In this document: positions 9,788 through 21,631 of the stretch, one piece after another
Numbering within the stretch: position 1 is the stretch's first letter
Layout: each line of letters starts with the position of its first letter
Assembly: GCA_964019425.1 (NCBI GenBank)
Contig: OZ025798.1
Coordinates: 682,001-746,000 of the forward strand
Origin: Flectonema sp. DT1601
Taxonomy: Eukaryota
Direction: 5' to 3'
DNA length: 64,000 nt
The notes under the pieces: generated by a model
Told to the model about the DNA's origin: nothing
Seen by the model: the letters and a program-made list of their open reading frames with translations, nothing else
The model's database searches: none
Position numbers and translations under genes: made by a program

Positions 9788-10623
9788 AGCCTCGGGGGCT
9801 GGGTTGGCTGAGAGATGGTTGCCAGTATCTTTATGACACCGCCGGCCCGGTGTTTCTTTTTTTTTTTGTTGTGAAGTAGCAATAATAAAAAAAAAAAAAA
9901 ATAGAAAAGAGAATGGCTCAGAAACAATATCGATGAGTTAAGATCTTTTTTTTTAAACTATTCCTTTTTTTTTAATTTCGGGCAGCTAACCCTAGAGTTT
10001 TTTTTGGTAAATACTGTTTAAAGGAAAACGAGCTACGCTCTAAAACAGAAAAATCGGAGTAACTACTTGTTTATAATATATATTTTGATAAATAATGTGG
10101 TTGGCAAATGAATGCCGAAGAGGCAACTTGAGAAAAGCAATTGGATGAGAAGAAACATTGGGTCTTATAAAGCAAAGTAGATAGAGGGGCCTAAAAAGAC
10201 CGCAGAGTGGATAGCTCCACAAAAGGCTGAATTTCGATAAGTGGGAAGTAACGGACTGGGAGCTTTTGGCTCCTGCCCTATTCCCGACGTAAACTTTCTT
10301 TTTATTTTTTTTTTTTTTTTAACAGGCCCAAAGGGCGACAATGATGGTTGCTGACCAAGGAATAATATTCAAATGAATTTTCGTTTCAAAGAAACGAACA
10401 GAATTAAGAGAGAGGTAGAGAAAAAAAAAAAAAAAAAAAAAAAGAAAGAATAGAAAAAAAATATGAAGAGGAAATAATCAAACATGAAAAAAAAAAAAAA
10501 AATAAAATATAAATAAAAAACGTTGTATGAAAAAGGAAAAAAAGAAAAAAAAAAGACCAGAAAAGGAAAGAGAAAATGAAAAGGTATAATATTATTGTGG
10601 GGATATGAGGATAGCAGGGAGAT

Positions 10624-10661
<38 letters not shown>

Positions 10662-10679
10662 TTATTATTTAAAAAAAGG

Positions 10680-10914
10680 AAACAATCAGTTTAGCGTCTC
10701 GATCAGGACGGAAAATAGAAATTAATCGACATAGTCGATCGATAGAAAAAAAACAATGATAACATTGTTTATTCCTTTTTTTTTTTTTTTTTTTTATTCT
10801 TTTTATTTATTTTTAAAGAAAAAACAATCAGTTTAGCGTCCTGACCAGGACGGAAAATTGAAAGTGATCCACATAGTCGATCGATAGAAAAAAGACAATG
10901 ATAACATTGTTTAT

Positions 10915-10947
<33 letters not shown>

Positions 10948-11339
10948 CTTTTAATTATTTTAAAGAAAAAACAATCAGTTTAGCGTCTTGACCAGGACGG
11001 AAAATAGAAAGTGATCGACATAGTCGATCGATAAAAAACAATGATAACATTGTTTATTCCTTTTTTTTTTCTTTTTTTTTTATTCTTTTTATTTATTTTT
11101 AAAGAAAAAACAATCAGTTTAGCGTCCTGACCAGGACGGAAAATAGAAAGTAATCGACATAGTCGATCGATAAAAAAAAAACAATGATAACATTGTTTAT
11201 TCCTTTTTTTTTTCTTTTTTTTTATTCTTTTTATTTATTTTTAAAGAAAAAACAATCAGTTTAGCGTCCTGACCAGGACGGAAAATTGAAAGTGATCGAC
11301 ATAGTCGATCGATAAAAAAACAATGATAACATTGTTTAT

Positions 11340-11370
<31 letters not shown>
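10680..11370 (+). repeat. Hairpin satellite array
   Basis: Near-identical to 74-765. Confidence 0.95.
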
Positions 11371-11387
11371 CCTAATACATAATAAAC

Positions 11388-13820
11388 ATAATACAAACAA
11401 AAACGAACAATAAATAATAAATAAGCTAAAAAACTAACTAAACAAAGTGATGTGAAAGTAAGGAAAAAGAGAATTACAAGGGGGTGGAGTCACCGTGAAC
11501 GTCATCAGCAGAACATCTCCTTCGATTGTAACGATATCTTGATGGAGGGGTTCGTTTTTTCAGAGTTGAACGCTCAGACTTTCTCGGCGGAGTTTCATTT
11601 TCCTCATGTTCTTCTGTGTCTGGCGGACTCAAACCTTCTGCCCATGAAGCTAATTGGAACTTCAGGGCCGCAATTTGAGACCGTGCCAAGGCGAGTTGAG
11701 CATTTAAATCGCTCGCCAGTCCCGTTAACATCATGGATTGCTCAAGCTGCTCTGCGTGAGTTGTACACCGTTGGTGATTCAGCTCCGAGAGGCGAAGTTG
11801 GGCATCCAGAAGTTGTTCTGAGAGCTCTGCCGCTTTCTCGTTTGTTTCGAGAGAGTCATCTACTGCTCGACAGTAGTTCTCGAGTAAGTCAATCCTACCC
11901 TCGGACCATTGTCTCGCAATAGGTGTATTCTCTTTAACGGAGATAACGTGACTCTCTTGTCGTAAAATCTTGGTCGGCGTGCGGTCGAGAGCTTCACTCT
12001 GCGGCATTGTCGGAGGAATTGAGGCTAGAGGACAAAGAGGGGTGATATAATTAAGGGTAGGGATAAGGGGTTTAATAAGAGGAGTAAAAAGACTACTCGT
12101 AGTTGTAAAGAGCGAGAGGTAGTTCTTTGCTATCTTCATCATAGCAACAGATTCATACAGAACGGGGGTTCGGGGGGAAACTTGTTGACTAAAGTGGGTC
12201 ATACGGGGACGCGCGGCACGCAAACTCTCGACCTCCTGTTGAGTATAGAAAAGTCTTATTTTACTTTCTCTTTCCTCATTACATTTGGTCTCCAATTCGT
12301 TCGACAGAAGAACAAACCTTTGATGGTAATTAAAGAGCGCCATTTCCGATAGGTCTGCTCTCTGAGTCAGATTTGCGAGCTCACGTTTCCTGTAATCTTC
12401 CACTAAGTCATATTGTCGAACTAGTGCAGAAAGAGAAGTCTTCGATTCATCGCGTTCTGCTGTTAACCGTTGAATTACTCCTTCCAGAAGTTCATATTCT
12501 TTTCTATCTTTTTCAATAATTAAAACAGGGGGCGCAGGAGGAAGTGAGGATGGATCCTGGTTGGTAGCTTTGATCTCAACAGGTAATCCATTTAGTAACT
12601 GCTTGTCTTTCTCGAGGGAGGCTGACATCGCATTAAAGTAAAATAAAAATAGAACATAAAAAATTCGTTCTTTCATTTGCTCTAATTCGTTTTCTAAAAT
12701 CTGGCATTTCAAGGAAAGTTTCAGCCTTAATTTTCCTTCTTTTTTTTTGTACAAGGGGGTTTGAGAACCCATGTCAGATTGAGTTCTTATCACTATAGCG
12801 AAATCAGCAGGAAGTGTTTGCGATCCCGTTGACATGAGTTCAGGTGGGGGAGTCTGGAAAGAGATGGAAGAAATAGAAGAGAATGACAAGGAGAGTCCAG
12901 TGAGCTCATCCTCATCTAACAAAACAGAAGGGGCCGGGGAGGAAGAACCATTGGCAATAAGTAGAATAGAAAGAGCCGATGCGTAACAAGTTTGCCAGAT
13001 AAAACATTTCTCAAGCCACGATCTTTCAATGGTGAGCTTTTCGATCGTTTTCAGTTTTGTTACTTTGTGGATTTTGACTTCTTCCACAGGGAAGATTTCT
13101 TTACCATCTTTTATAAAACTTGCAGTGGCAGGTTCTTCTTTAATGCTGCGCATTAGTGGTCTTGAATGCCACGTGGGGAGGTTCCTCGTCTGGAACAGAA
13201 CATATGAGCACTGTCTGGCGATTCTGGTGCATTCACAAAATAAAGCTTTTGTTGGTGCTAAAGGTGAACCGATGTGACGTGTCCAGATGTTCAGCTGGTC
13301 CATGCAGATGTTTCCTCGTACGCCAACTTCAATAGTAAAAATGTTACAGTCGAAGCCATTAGCGATGATCGAGTCTCTTAGCTTTAGGTATTTCTTTTCC
13401 TTTAAGACATGAGAGGTTTCGAAACGATCTTCATTTGGACACGTCAGCTCCAGAATCAGTGCTCTTTTCGCAAAAAAAGAATAAATAAAAATGTCTGGTC
13501 TTAGAGAGGACGAGACATGGCACACTTCAAGAGGAACAATTAGGCGGTTATCACCGACATCGTCGAGGATGACCCAATCATTCGCTAGTGAAAGTTCGCC
13601 TGTCTCTTTAGAAATTCTTTCTAGGGGTTTATTTTCCCCTGTTTTTAAAAAAGTTTGAGAGGGAGGCGGGAGGTTTTCTTTTCTTTTGTTGGCTTTTATT
13701 ATCAACTCTTCCAAGAAGATAACAATGCGTTTTAGAACGCTGTCGTGACGCCACGTGAACCTCCCTTGTGTTAAAGAGACAGGACAGCCTGTTAAGACAT
13801 GCCTGAGGGTAGGATTCACT
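11388..13820 (-). pseudogene. Internal retrotransposon fragment (RLE + C-terminal extension + start of 3' UTR)
   Basis: The ORF 11474..13867 translation is identical to the 4404 ORF from VNPTLRHV onward. Its N-terminus is satellite-derived. Truncated at both ends, with no TSD seen. Confidence 0.9.
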
Positions 13821-13823
13821 CGA

Positions 13824-15900
13824 TCGATCGACATAGTCGATCGATAAAATAAAAACAATGATAACATTGTTTTTATTTTATCTTGGGCCTGTTAAAAAAA
13901 AAAAAAAAATAAAAAGGAAGTTTACGTCGGGAATAGGGCAGGAGCCAAAAGCTCCCAGTCCGTTACTTCCCACTTATCGAAATTCAGCCTTGTTTATTCC
14001 TTTTTTCTTTTTTTTTTTATTCTTTTTATTTATTTTTAAAGAAAAAACAATCAGTTTAGCGTCCTGACCAGGACGAAAAATAGAAAGTGATCGACATAGT
14101 CGATCGATAAAAAAACAATGATAACATTGTTTATTCTTTTTTTTTTGTTTTTTTTTTTTTTATTCTTTTTATTTATTTTTTAAAGAAAAAACAATCAGTT
14201 TAGCGTCTTGACCAGGACGGAAAATAGAAATTAGTCGACAAAGTCGATCAATAACAAAACAATGATAACATTGTTTATTCTTTTTTTTTTTTTTTTTTTC
14301 TTTTTTATTCTTTTTATTTATTTTTTAAAGAAAAAACAATCAGTTTAGCGTCCTGACCAGGACGGAAAATAGAAAGTAATCGACATAGTCGATCGATAAA
14401 AAAAAACAATGATAACATTGTTTAATCTTTTTTTTTTTTTTTTTTTTTTATTCTTTTTATTTATTTAGAAAAAACAATCAGTTTAGCGTCTTGACCAGGA
14501 CGGAAAATAGAAATTAGTCGACAAAGTCGATCGATAACAAAACAATGATAACATTGTTTATTCTTTTTTTTTTTTTTTTTTTTAAATTCTTTTTATTTAT
14601 TTTTTAAGAAAAAAAAAACGGAAAATAGAAATTAGTCGACAAAGTCGAACGATAAAAAAACAATGATAACATTGTTTATTCTTTTTTTTATTTTTTTTTT
14701 TTTATAATCTTTTTTATTAATTTTGAAAAAAAAAAAAACAATCAGTTTAGCGTCTTGACCAGGACGGAAAATAGAAAGTAATCGACATAGTCGATCGATA
14801 AAAAAACAATGATAACATTGTTTATTCTTTTTTTTTTTTTTTTTTTTTTTTAAATTCTTTTTATTTATTTTTTAAGAGAAAAAAACGGAAAATAGAAATT
14901 AGTCGACAAAGTCGAACGATAAAAAAACAGTGATAACATTGTTTATTCTTTTTTTTATTTTTTTTTTTTTTATAATCTTTTTTATTAATTTTGAAAAAAA
15001 AAAAACAATCAGTTTAGCGTCCTGACCAGGACGGAAAATAGAAATTAGTCGACAAAGTCGATCGATAAAAAAACAATGATAACATTGTTTATTCTTTTTT
15101 TTTTTTTTTTTTAAATTCTTTTTATTTATTTTTTAAGAGAAAAAAACGGAAAATAGAAATTAGTCGACAAAGTCGAACGATAAAAAAAACAATGATAACA
15201 TTGTTTATTCTTTTTTTTATTTTTTTTTTTTTATATTCTTTTTTATTAATTTTGAAAAAAAAAAAAAAAAAAAAAACAATCAGTTTAGCGTCTTGACCAG
15301 GACGGAAAATAGAAAGTAATCGACATAGTCGATCGATAAAAAAACAATGATAACATTGTTTATTCTTTTTTTTTTTTTTTTTTTTAAATTCTTTTTATTT
15401 ATTTTTTAAGAGAAAAAAACGGAAAATAGAAATTAGTCGACAAAGTCGAACGATAAAAAAACAATGATAACATTGTTTATTCTTTTTTTTATTTTTTTTT
15501 TTTATATTCTTTTTTATTAATTTTGAAAAAAAAAAAAAAAAAAAACAATCAGTTTAGCGTCTTGACCAGGACGGAAAATAGAAAGTAATCGACATAGTCG
15601 ATCGATAAAAAAACAATGATAACATTGTTTATTCTTTTTTTTTTTTTTTTTTTTTAAATTCTTTTTATTTATTTTTTAAGAAAAAAAAACGGAAAATAGA
15701 AATTAGTCGACAAAGTCGAACGATAAAAAAACAATGATAACATTGTTTATTCTTTTTTTTATTTTATTTTTTTTATATTCTTTTTTATTAATTTTGGAAA
15801 AAAAAAAAAAAACAATCAGTTTAGCGTCTTGACCAGGACGGAAAATAGAAAGTAATCGACATAGTCGATCGATAAAAATACAATGATAACATTGTTTAAT
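13824..15900 (+). repeat. Hairpin satellite array
   Basis: Same A/B monomers. Confidence 0.95.
13873..13989 (+). mobile_element. ~110-bp 5'-truncated 3' end of the element inserted in satellite
   Basis: Ends ..TATCGAAATTCAGCC. TTGTTT at 13867-13872 and 13990-13995. About 10 nt of filler at the 5' junction. Confidence 0.7.
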
Positions 15901-16379
15901 CTTTTATAATTTTTTATTTTTTTTTTTGTTTTAAAAAAAAAAAAAAAAAAAAACAAGCGGAATTGATCATAATGGGTGGTAGGGGTTGTTATAACTTCGT
16001 TTGAAAATTCTTCTTTTTTGATTTCTTTTTTTTTTTCTTTTTACAGGAGTTAAGATCACTGTCAGGAGACAACACATTAACAAGAGCAGCAAGCAGAGTT
16101 GACACTATCAATTCAAATTTGAAATACCGGGAATTAATTTACAAGGAGGTATCTCAAGTGACTTGGTATCTCTAGCGTGTCGGTATCTCTGGAGTGCTGG
16201 TATCTCGTATGTGCGTTGGTATCTCATGAGTGATGGTATCTCTTGTGCATTAGAGAAACGAAAAAGAATGTCATGACCATGACGGAAGAATTAAGGAATT
16301 GAGTTAACATGTTCAATTTAACTTATTTAAACTTCTTTTTTTTTTTTTTTTACAATCAAAGCCCCAATTAATCGGTCCT

Positions 16380-16840
16380 TTCTTTTTCCTTCTTGTCAAG
16401 TGATCGCTCCACTCGACGATCACCAAAACCGATTGTATTTATATCTGTTCTTTTCTCAACGATCGGCTATACCGACCATTTTTTTTTTATAAATAATTGT
16501 TTTCTTCTTCTCGACGATCAGTTCCAAATGATCGACCTTTTTTTTTTTTTTTTTTTCCTTTATTCCTTCCATCCCTCCCGCTCCCCTAATTTTAAATAAA
16601 AACAAGATCAGCTCAGCTTGATCGTTAATCTTTTTTTCTTTTTTTAATTTAAACTGATTGTATTTATATCTGTTTATTTTTCTCAACGATCGGCTATACC
16701 GATCAACCTTTAAAATAATTTCTTCTTCTCGACGATCAGATCCAAATGATCAACCTTTTCTTTTTTTTCCCTCTATTCCTTCCATCCCTCCCGCTCCCCT
16801 ATTTGTAATAAAAACAAGATCAGCTCAGCTTGATCGTTAA
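16380..16840 (-). repeat. Two ~213-bp repeats, inverted
   Basis: Reverse complement of the 3286-3940 units. Confidence 0.9.
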
Positions 16841-17251
16841 TTTTTTTTCTTTCTTTTTTGTTGGTCCTAGTCAAGACCTTAAACTGACTAACCGGTCTTA
16901 ATTTTAAATAAGTGTTAACCTAGTTTCTCTTTTCCTTTTCAATTTCCTTTTAATACTCTCTATCTGGTCTGTTATGTCATATTTCTCATTTAATTTTATC
17001 ATCCATTTTACTTTTCACTGTTTCCCATCTACATTTTATTTTCAATTAGTTACGGTCTGTAAAAAAAAAAAAAAGTTTAAATAAGTTAAATTGAACATGT
17101 TAACTCAATTCCTCAATTCTTCCGTCATGGTCATGACATTCTTTTTCGTTTCTCTAAATGCACAAGAGATACCATCACTCATGAGATACCAACGCACATA
17201 CGAGATACCAGCACTCCAGAGATACCGACACGCTAGAGATACCAAGTCACT

Positions 17252-17782
17252 GAGTTGAATTTCCAGGTGAGATTTGGACTGTTAGCTTTTGGCTAAGGCC
17301 CTCCCTGAAGAGCAAGAACAAAAAAACTACTCACACCTGAAGAAAACATACACAAAGAACACACTGTAAGCTGTGCGTGTATTTTGTGTTTGTCACAACA
17401 GGAGAGAAAAGAAAGAATGTCAAGGTTGATCACCTTGCCTATCAACGCACAACATTGGTGGTCTCTACTAGACCCTGAGTGATCCCACTGGATCTCTCAT
17501 CGTTCATAGTACCTATGTGAAGTTATAAAATCAAAGGTAAACTATGAACTACAAATGACTTAGCCTGTTATTATAATGCCACAGGCAGGCCCTGCATTCA
17601 GCAACTATCCAGCAGTGCTTGGATGTCCTGATCTTCTTCTAAAAAAAAGAAAGAAAAACAAAACTGTAGCTGGGATCACTCAGGATCAACAGACTACCAA
17701 TGCTACCTGTTGTACTTGCTCACTATGGGGGGTGATGCCAAACACCCAGAAGTACTAAACTGCTTTCCTTCTTGCTGCCCAG
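17252..17782. repeat. 530-bp fragment of the ~1.36-kb repeat family
   Basis: Matches ~42076-42607 and the inverse of ~29373-29903. Confidence 0.85.
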
Positions 17783-18029
17783 AGATACCTCCTTGTAAAT
17801 TAATTCCCGGTATTTCAAATTTGAATTGATAGTGTCAACTCTGCTTGCTGCTCTTGTTAATGTGTTGTCTCCTGACAGTGATCTTAACTCCTGTAAAAAG
17901 AAAAACAAAAAAGAAATCAAAAAAGAAGAATTTTCAAACGAAGTTATAACAACCCCTACCACCCATTATGATCAATTCCGCTTGTTTTTTTTTTTTTTTT
18001 AAAACAAAAAAAAAATAAAAAATTATAAA

Positions 18030-18270
18030 AGATTAAACAATGTTATCATTGTATTTTTATCGATCGACTATGTCGATTACTTTCTATTTTCCGTCCTGGT
18101 CAAGACGCTAAACTGATTGTTTTTTTTTTTCCCAAAATTAATAAAAAAGAATATAAAAAAAAAAAAAATAAAAAAAAGAATAAACAATGTTATCATTGTT
18201 TTTTTATCGTTCGACTTTGTCGACTAATTTCTATTTTCCGTTTTTTTTTTCTTAAAAAATAAATAAAAAG

Positions 18271-18305
<35 letters not shown>

Positions 18306-18809
18306 TAAACAATGTTATCATTGTTTTTTTATCGATCGACTATGTCGATTACTTTCTATTTTCCGTCCTGGTCAAGACGCTAAACTGATTGTTTTTTTTT
18401 TTTTTTTTTCAAAATTAATAAAAAAGAATATAAAAAAAAAAAATAAAAAAAAGAATAAACAATGTTATCATTGTTTTTTTATCGTTCGACTTTGTCGACT
18501 AAATTCTATTTTCCGTTTTTTTCTCTTAAAAAATAAATAAAAAGAATTTAAAAAAAAAAAAAAAAAAAAGAATAAACAATGTTATCATTGTTTTTTTATC
18601 GATCGACTTTGTCGACTAATTTCTATTTTCCGTCCTGGTCAGGACGCTAAACTGATTGTTTTTTTTTTTTTCAAAATTAATAAAAAAGATTATAAAAAAA
18701 AAAAAAATAAAAAAAAAGAATAAACAATGTTATCATTGTTTTTTTATCGTTCGACTTTGTCGACTAATTTCTATTTTCCGTTTTTTTCTCTTAAAAAATA
18801 AATAAAAAG

Positions 18810-18844
<35 letters not shown>

Positions 18845-19632
18845 TAAACAATGTTATCATTGTTTTTTTATCGATCGACTATGTCGATTACTTTCTATTT
18901 TCCGTCCTGGTCAAGACGCTAAACTGATTGTTTTTTTTTTTTTTTTTTCAAAATTAATAAAAAAGAATATAAAAAAAAAAAATAAAAAAAAGAATAAACA
19001 ATGTTATCATTGTTTTTTTATCGTTCGACTTTGTCGACTAAATTCTATTTTCCGTTTTTTTCTCTTAAAAAATAAATAAAAAGAATTTAAAAAAAAAAAA
19101 AAAAAAAAGAATAAACAATGTTATCATTGTTTTTTTATCGATCGACTTTGTCGACTAATTTCTATTTTCCGTCCTGGTCAGGACGCTAAACTGATTGTTT
19201 TTTTTTTTTTCAAAATTAATAAAAAAGATTATAAAAAAAAAAAAAATAAAAAAAAAGAATAAACAATGTTATCATTGTTTTTTTATCGTTCGACTTTGTC
19301 GACTAATTTCTATTTTCCGTTTTTTTCTCTTAAAAAATAAATAAAAAGAATTTAAAAAAAAAAAAAAAAAAAAAAAGAATAAACAATGTTATCATTGTTT
19401 TTTTATCGATCGACTATGTCGATTACTTTCTATTTTCCGTCCTGGTCAAGACGCTAAACTGATTGTTTTTTTTTTTCAAAATTAATAAAAAAGATTATAA
19501 AAAAAAAAAAAAAAAAAAGAATAAACAATGTTATCATTGTTTTTTTATCGATCGACTATGTCGATCACTTTCTATTTTTCGTCCTGGTCAAGACGCTAAA
19601 CTGATTGTTTTTTCTTTAAAAATAATAAAAAG

Positions 19633-19668
<36 letters not shown>

Positions 19669-21106
19669 ATAAACAATGTTATCATTGTTTTTTTTTATCG
19701 ATCGACTTTGTCGATCACTTTCTATTTTCCGTCCTGGTCAAGACGCTAAACTGATTGTTTTTTTTTCAAAATTAATAAAAAAGAATATAAAAAAAAAATA
19801 AAAAAAAATAAAAAAAAATAAAAAAAAAAGAATAAACAATGTTATCATTGTTTTTTTTTTTTATTGTTCGACTTTGTTGACTAATTTCTATTTTCCGTTT
19901 TTTTTTTTTCTTTTTAACATAGATGGAAGTGCCCTCCAAATTTGGAGGGCGCCTGGTGAAAATAAGCCACAAAAATTTGTAGGGCCAAAATAGGGCCATT
20001 GTAGGGCCAAAATAGGGCCAAAATAGGGCGCTGGAGGGCGCGTAGGGCGCTTTTTTAATTAAATTTAATATAATGCCGAGCTCATTTTGACACACCCCTG
20101 CCCTCAGCGAGGTCGAATCGCATCTTATTTGACTTTTCTCCGGTTCGCCCGATCAAATGCGTCTCTGGGATATCAGTTTACTTGCCACCAGTAAACTTCT
20201 TTTTTTTCTCACAAGGTACCGTGAAGACCGGCCTATTAACAGGTTAGCAAGAACGCACTCTACCTCCTCGAATCCCTCTATATTCGACTTGGTGCATTCT
20301 GCGGGCTAATCAGCTCCTTGTAGATCTGGGATGCATCGTCCACTGAAATGAGTTTCAGCTTCAGGGATTGCAGCTCTCAAGGAGTGGTCCATTGTTTTTG
20401 CCATTGTTGACCGTCGAACCATGACCTGGAGGTCTCGGGTTCGAACCCCGTGACACCCTTTTTTCTCTTTTTCGAAAGACTGCCAAGCATGTCAAAAAAA
20501 ATTTTTTTGGCTTCTGCGTCAAAATACTTGTGCGTCAGTGTAAGTCCCTGTCAATTTAGCTGTCTTATAGTAATAAAAAAGGAAAAAAAAAGCGCCCTCC
20601 AAAATAATATTTATATTAAAAGCGCCCTACAAGCGCCCTACACGCCCTCCAAATTGTAGGGCACTTCCATCTATGTTTTAAAAAATAAATAAAAAGAATT
20701 TAAAAAAAAAAAAAAAAAAAAAGAATAAACAATGTTATCATTGTTTTTTTTTTCATCGATCGACTATGTCGATTACTTTCTATTTTCCGTCCTGGTCAAG
20801 ACGCTAAACTGATTGTTTTTTTTCAAAATTAATAAAAAAGAATATAAAAAAAAAACAAAAACAAAAAGAATAAACAATGCTATCATTTTTTTTTTTTTTT
20901 ATCGTTCGACTTTGTCGACTAATTTTTATTTTCCGTTTTTTTTTCTTTAAAAATAAATAAAAAGAAATTAAAAAAAAAAAAAAAAAAAAAAGAATAAACA
21001 ATGTTATCATTGTTTTTTTAGCGATCGACTATGTCGATCACTTTCTATTTTCCGTCCTGGTCAAGACGCTAAACTGATTGTTTTTTCTTTAAAATAATTA
21101 AAAGGA

Positions 21107-21138
<32 letters not shown>

Positions 21139-21248
21139 TAAACAATGTTATCATTGTTTTTTATCGATCGACTATGTCGATCACTTTCTATTTTCCGTCC
21201 TGGTCAAGACGCTAAACTGATTGTTTTTTCTTTAAAAAATAATTAAAA

Positions 21249-21287
<39 letters not shown>

Positions 21288-21401
21288 TTAATCAATGTTA
21301 TCATTGTTTTTTTTATCGATCGACTATGTCGATCACTTTCAATTTTCCGTCCTGGTCAAGACGCTAAACTGATTGTTTTTTCTTTAAAAAATAATAAGAA
21401 G

Positions 21402-21438
<37 letters not shown>

Positions 21439-21550
21439 ATAAACAATGTTATCATTGTTTTTTTATCGATCGACTATGTCGATCACTTTCTATTTTTCGT
21501 CCTGGTCAAGACGCTAAACTGATTGTTTTTTCTTTAAAAATAATAAAAAG

Positions 21551-21587
<37 letters not shown>

Positions 21588-21631
21588 ATAAACAATGTTA
21601 TCATTGTTTTTTTTTATCGATCGACTATGTC
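18030..21631 (-). repeat. Hairpin satellite array, inverted, interrupted by a MITE
   Basis: Reverse complement of the A/B monomers. Confidence 0.95.
19918..20675. mobile_element. MITE family 1 (CATAGATGGAAGTGCCCT terminal inverted repeats, 6-bp TSD TTTTAA)
   Basis: TIRs at both ends, subterminal (T/G)AGGGC(G/C) repeats, and an empty paralogous site near 27185. Confidence 0.92.

Larger units (their letters stand above)
1..10227 (-). mobile_element. Near full-length RLE-type non-LTR retrotransposon (HERO/NeSL/R2-like); its long 3' region runs off the window start
   Basis: RT + CCHC + RLE ORF at 4404-9787. Bases 1-~765 recur at 10607-11370, giving a ~10.6-kb period. An inverted copy at 21632-26992 shows the 3' region continuing to ...CACTTATCGAAATTC. 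Boundaries are inferred from junctions. Confidence 0.75.
10228..16350 (-). mobile_element. Upstream tandem copy (3' region only, 5'-truncated) with nested insertions
   Basis: Terminal hairpin 10243-10285, satellite 10680-11370 and 13824-15900, then sequence matching 2640-3060 up to 16350. Confidence 0.65.

Noticed and set aside
9940..10290. HDV-like ribozyme at the element 5' end, as in R2
   Set aside because: I could not find the nested pseudoknot or L3 motif by eye. An RNArobo/Infernal search is needed to exclude it.
17282..17297. U2 snRNA-like CTTTTGGCTAAG (Utopia target)
   Set aside because: It is not followed by ATCAAGTGTAGTA. It is only a short hairpin in the 1.36-kb family.
19979..20050. 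Telomeric repeats (TAGGG)
   Set aside because: These are 9-11 bp spaced MITE subterminal motifs, not a TTAGGG tract.
20405..20460. Functional tRNA gene
   Set aside because: Only the T-arm/B-box half is recognisable, with no D-arm or acceptor pairing.
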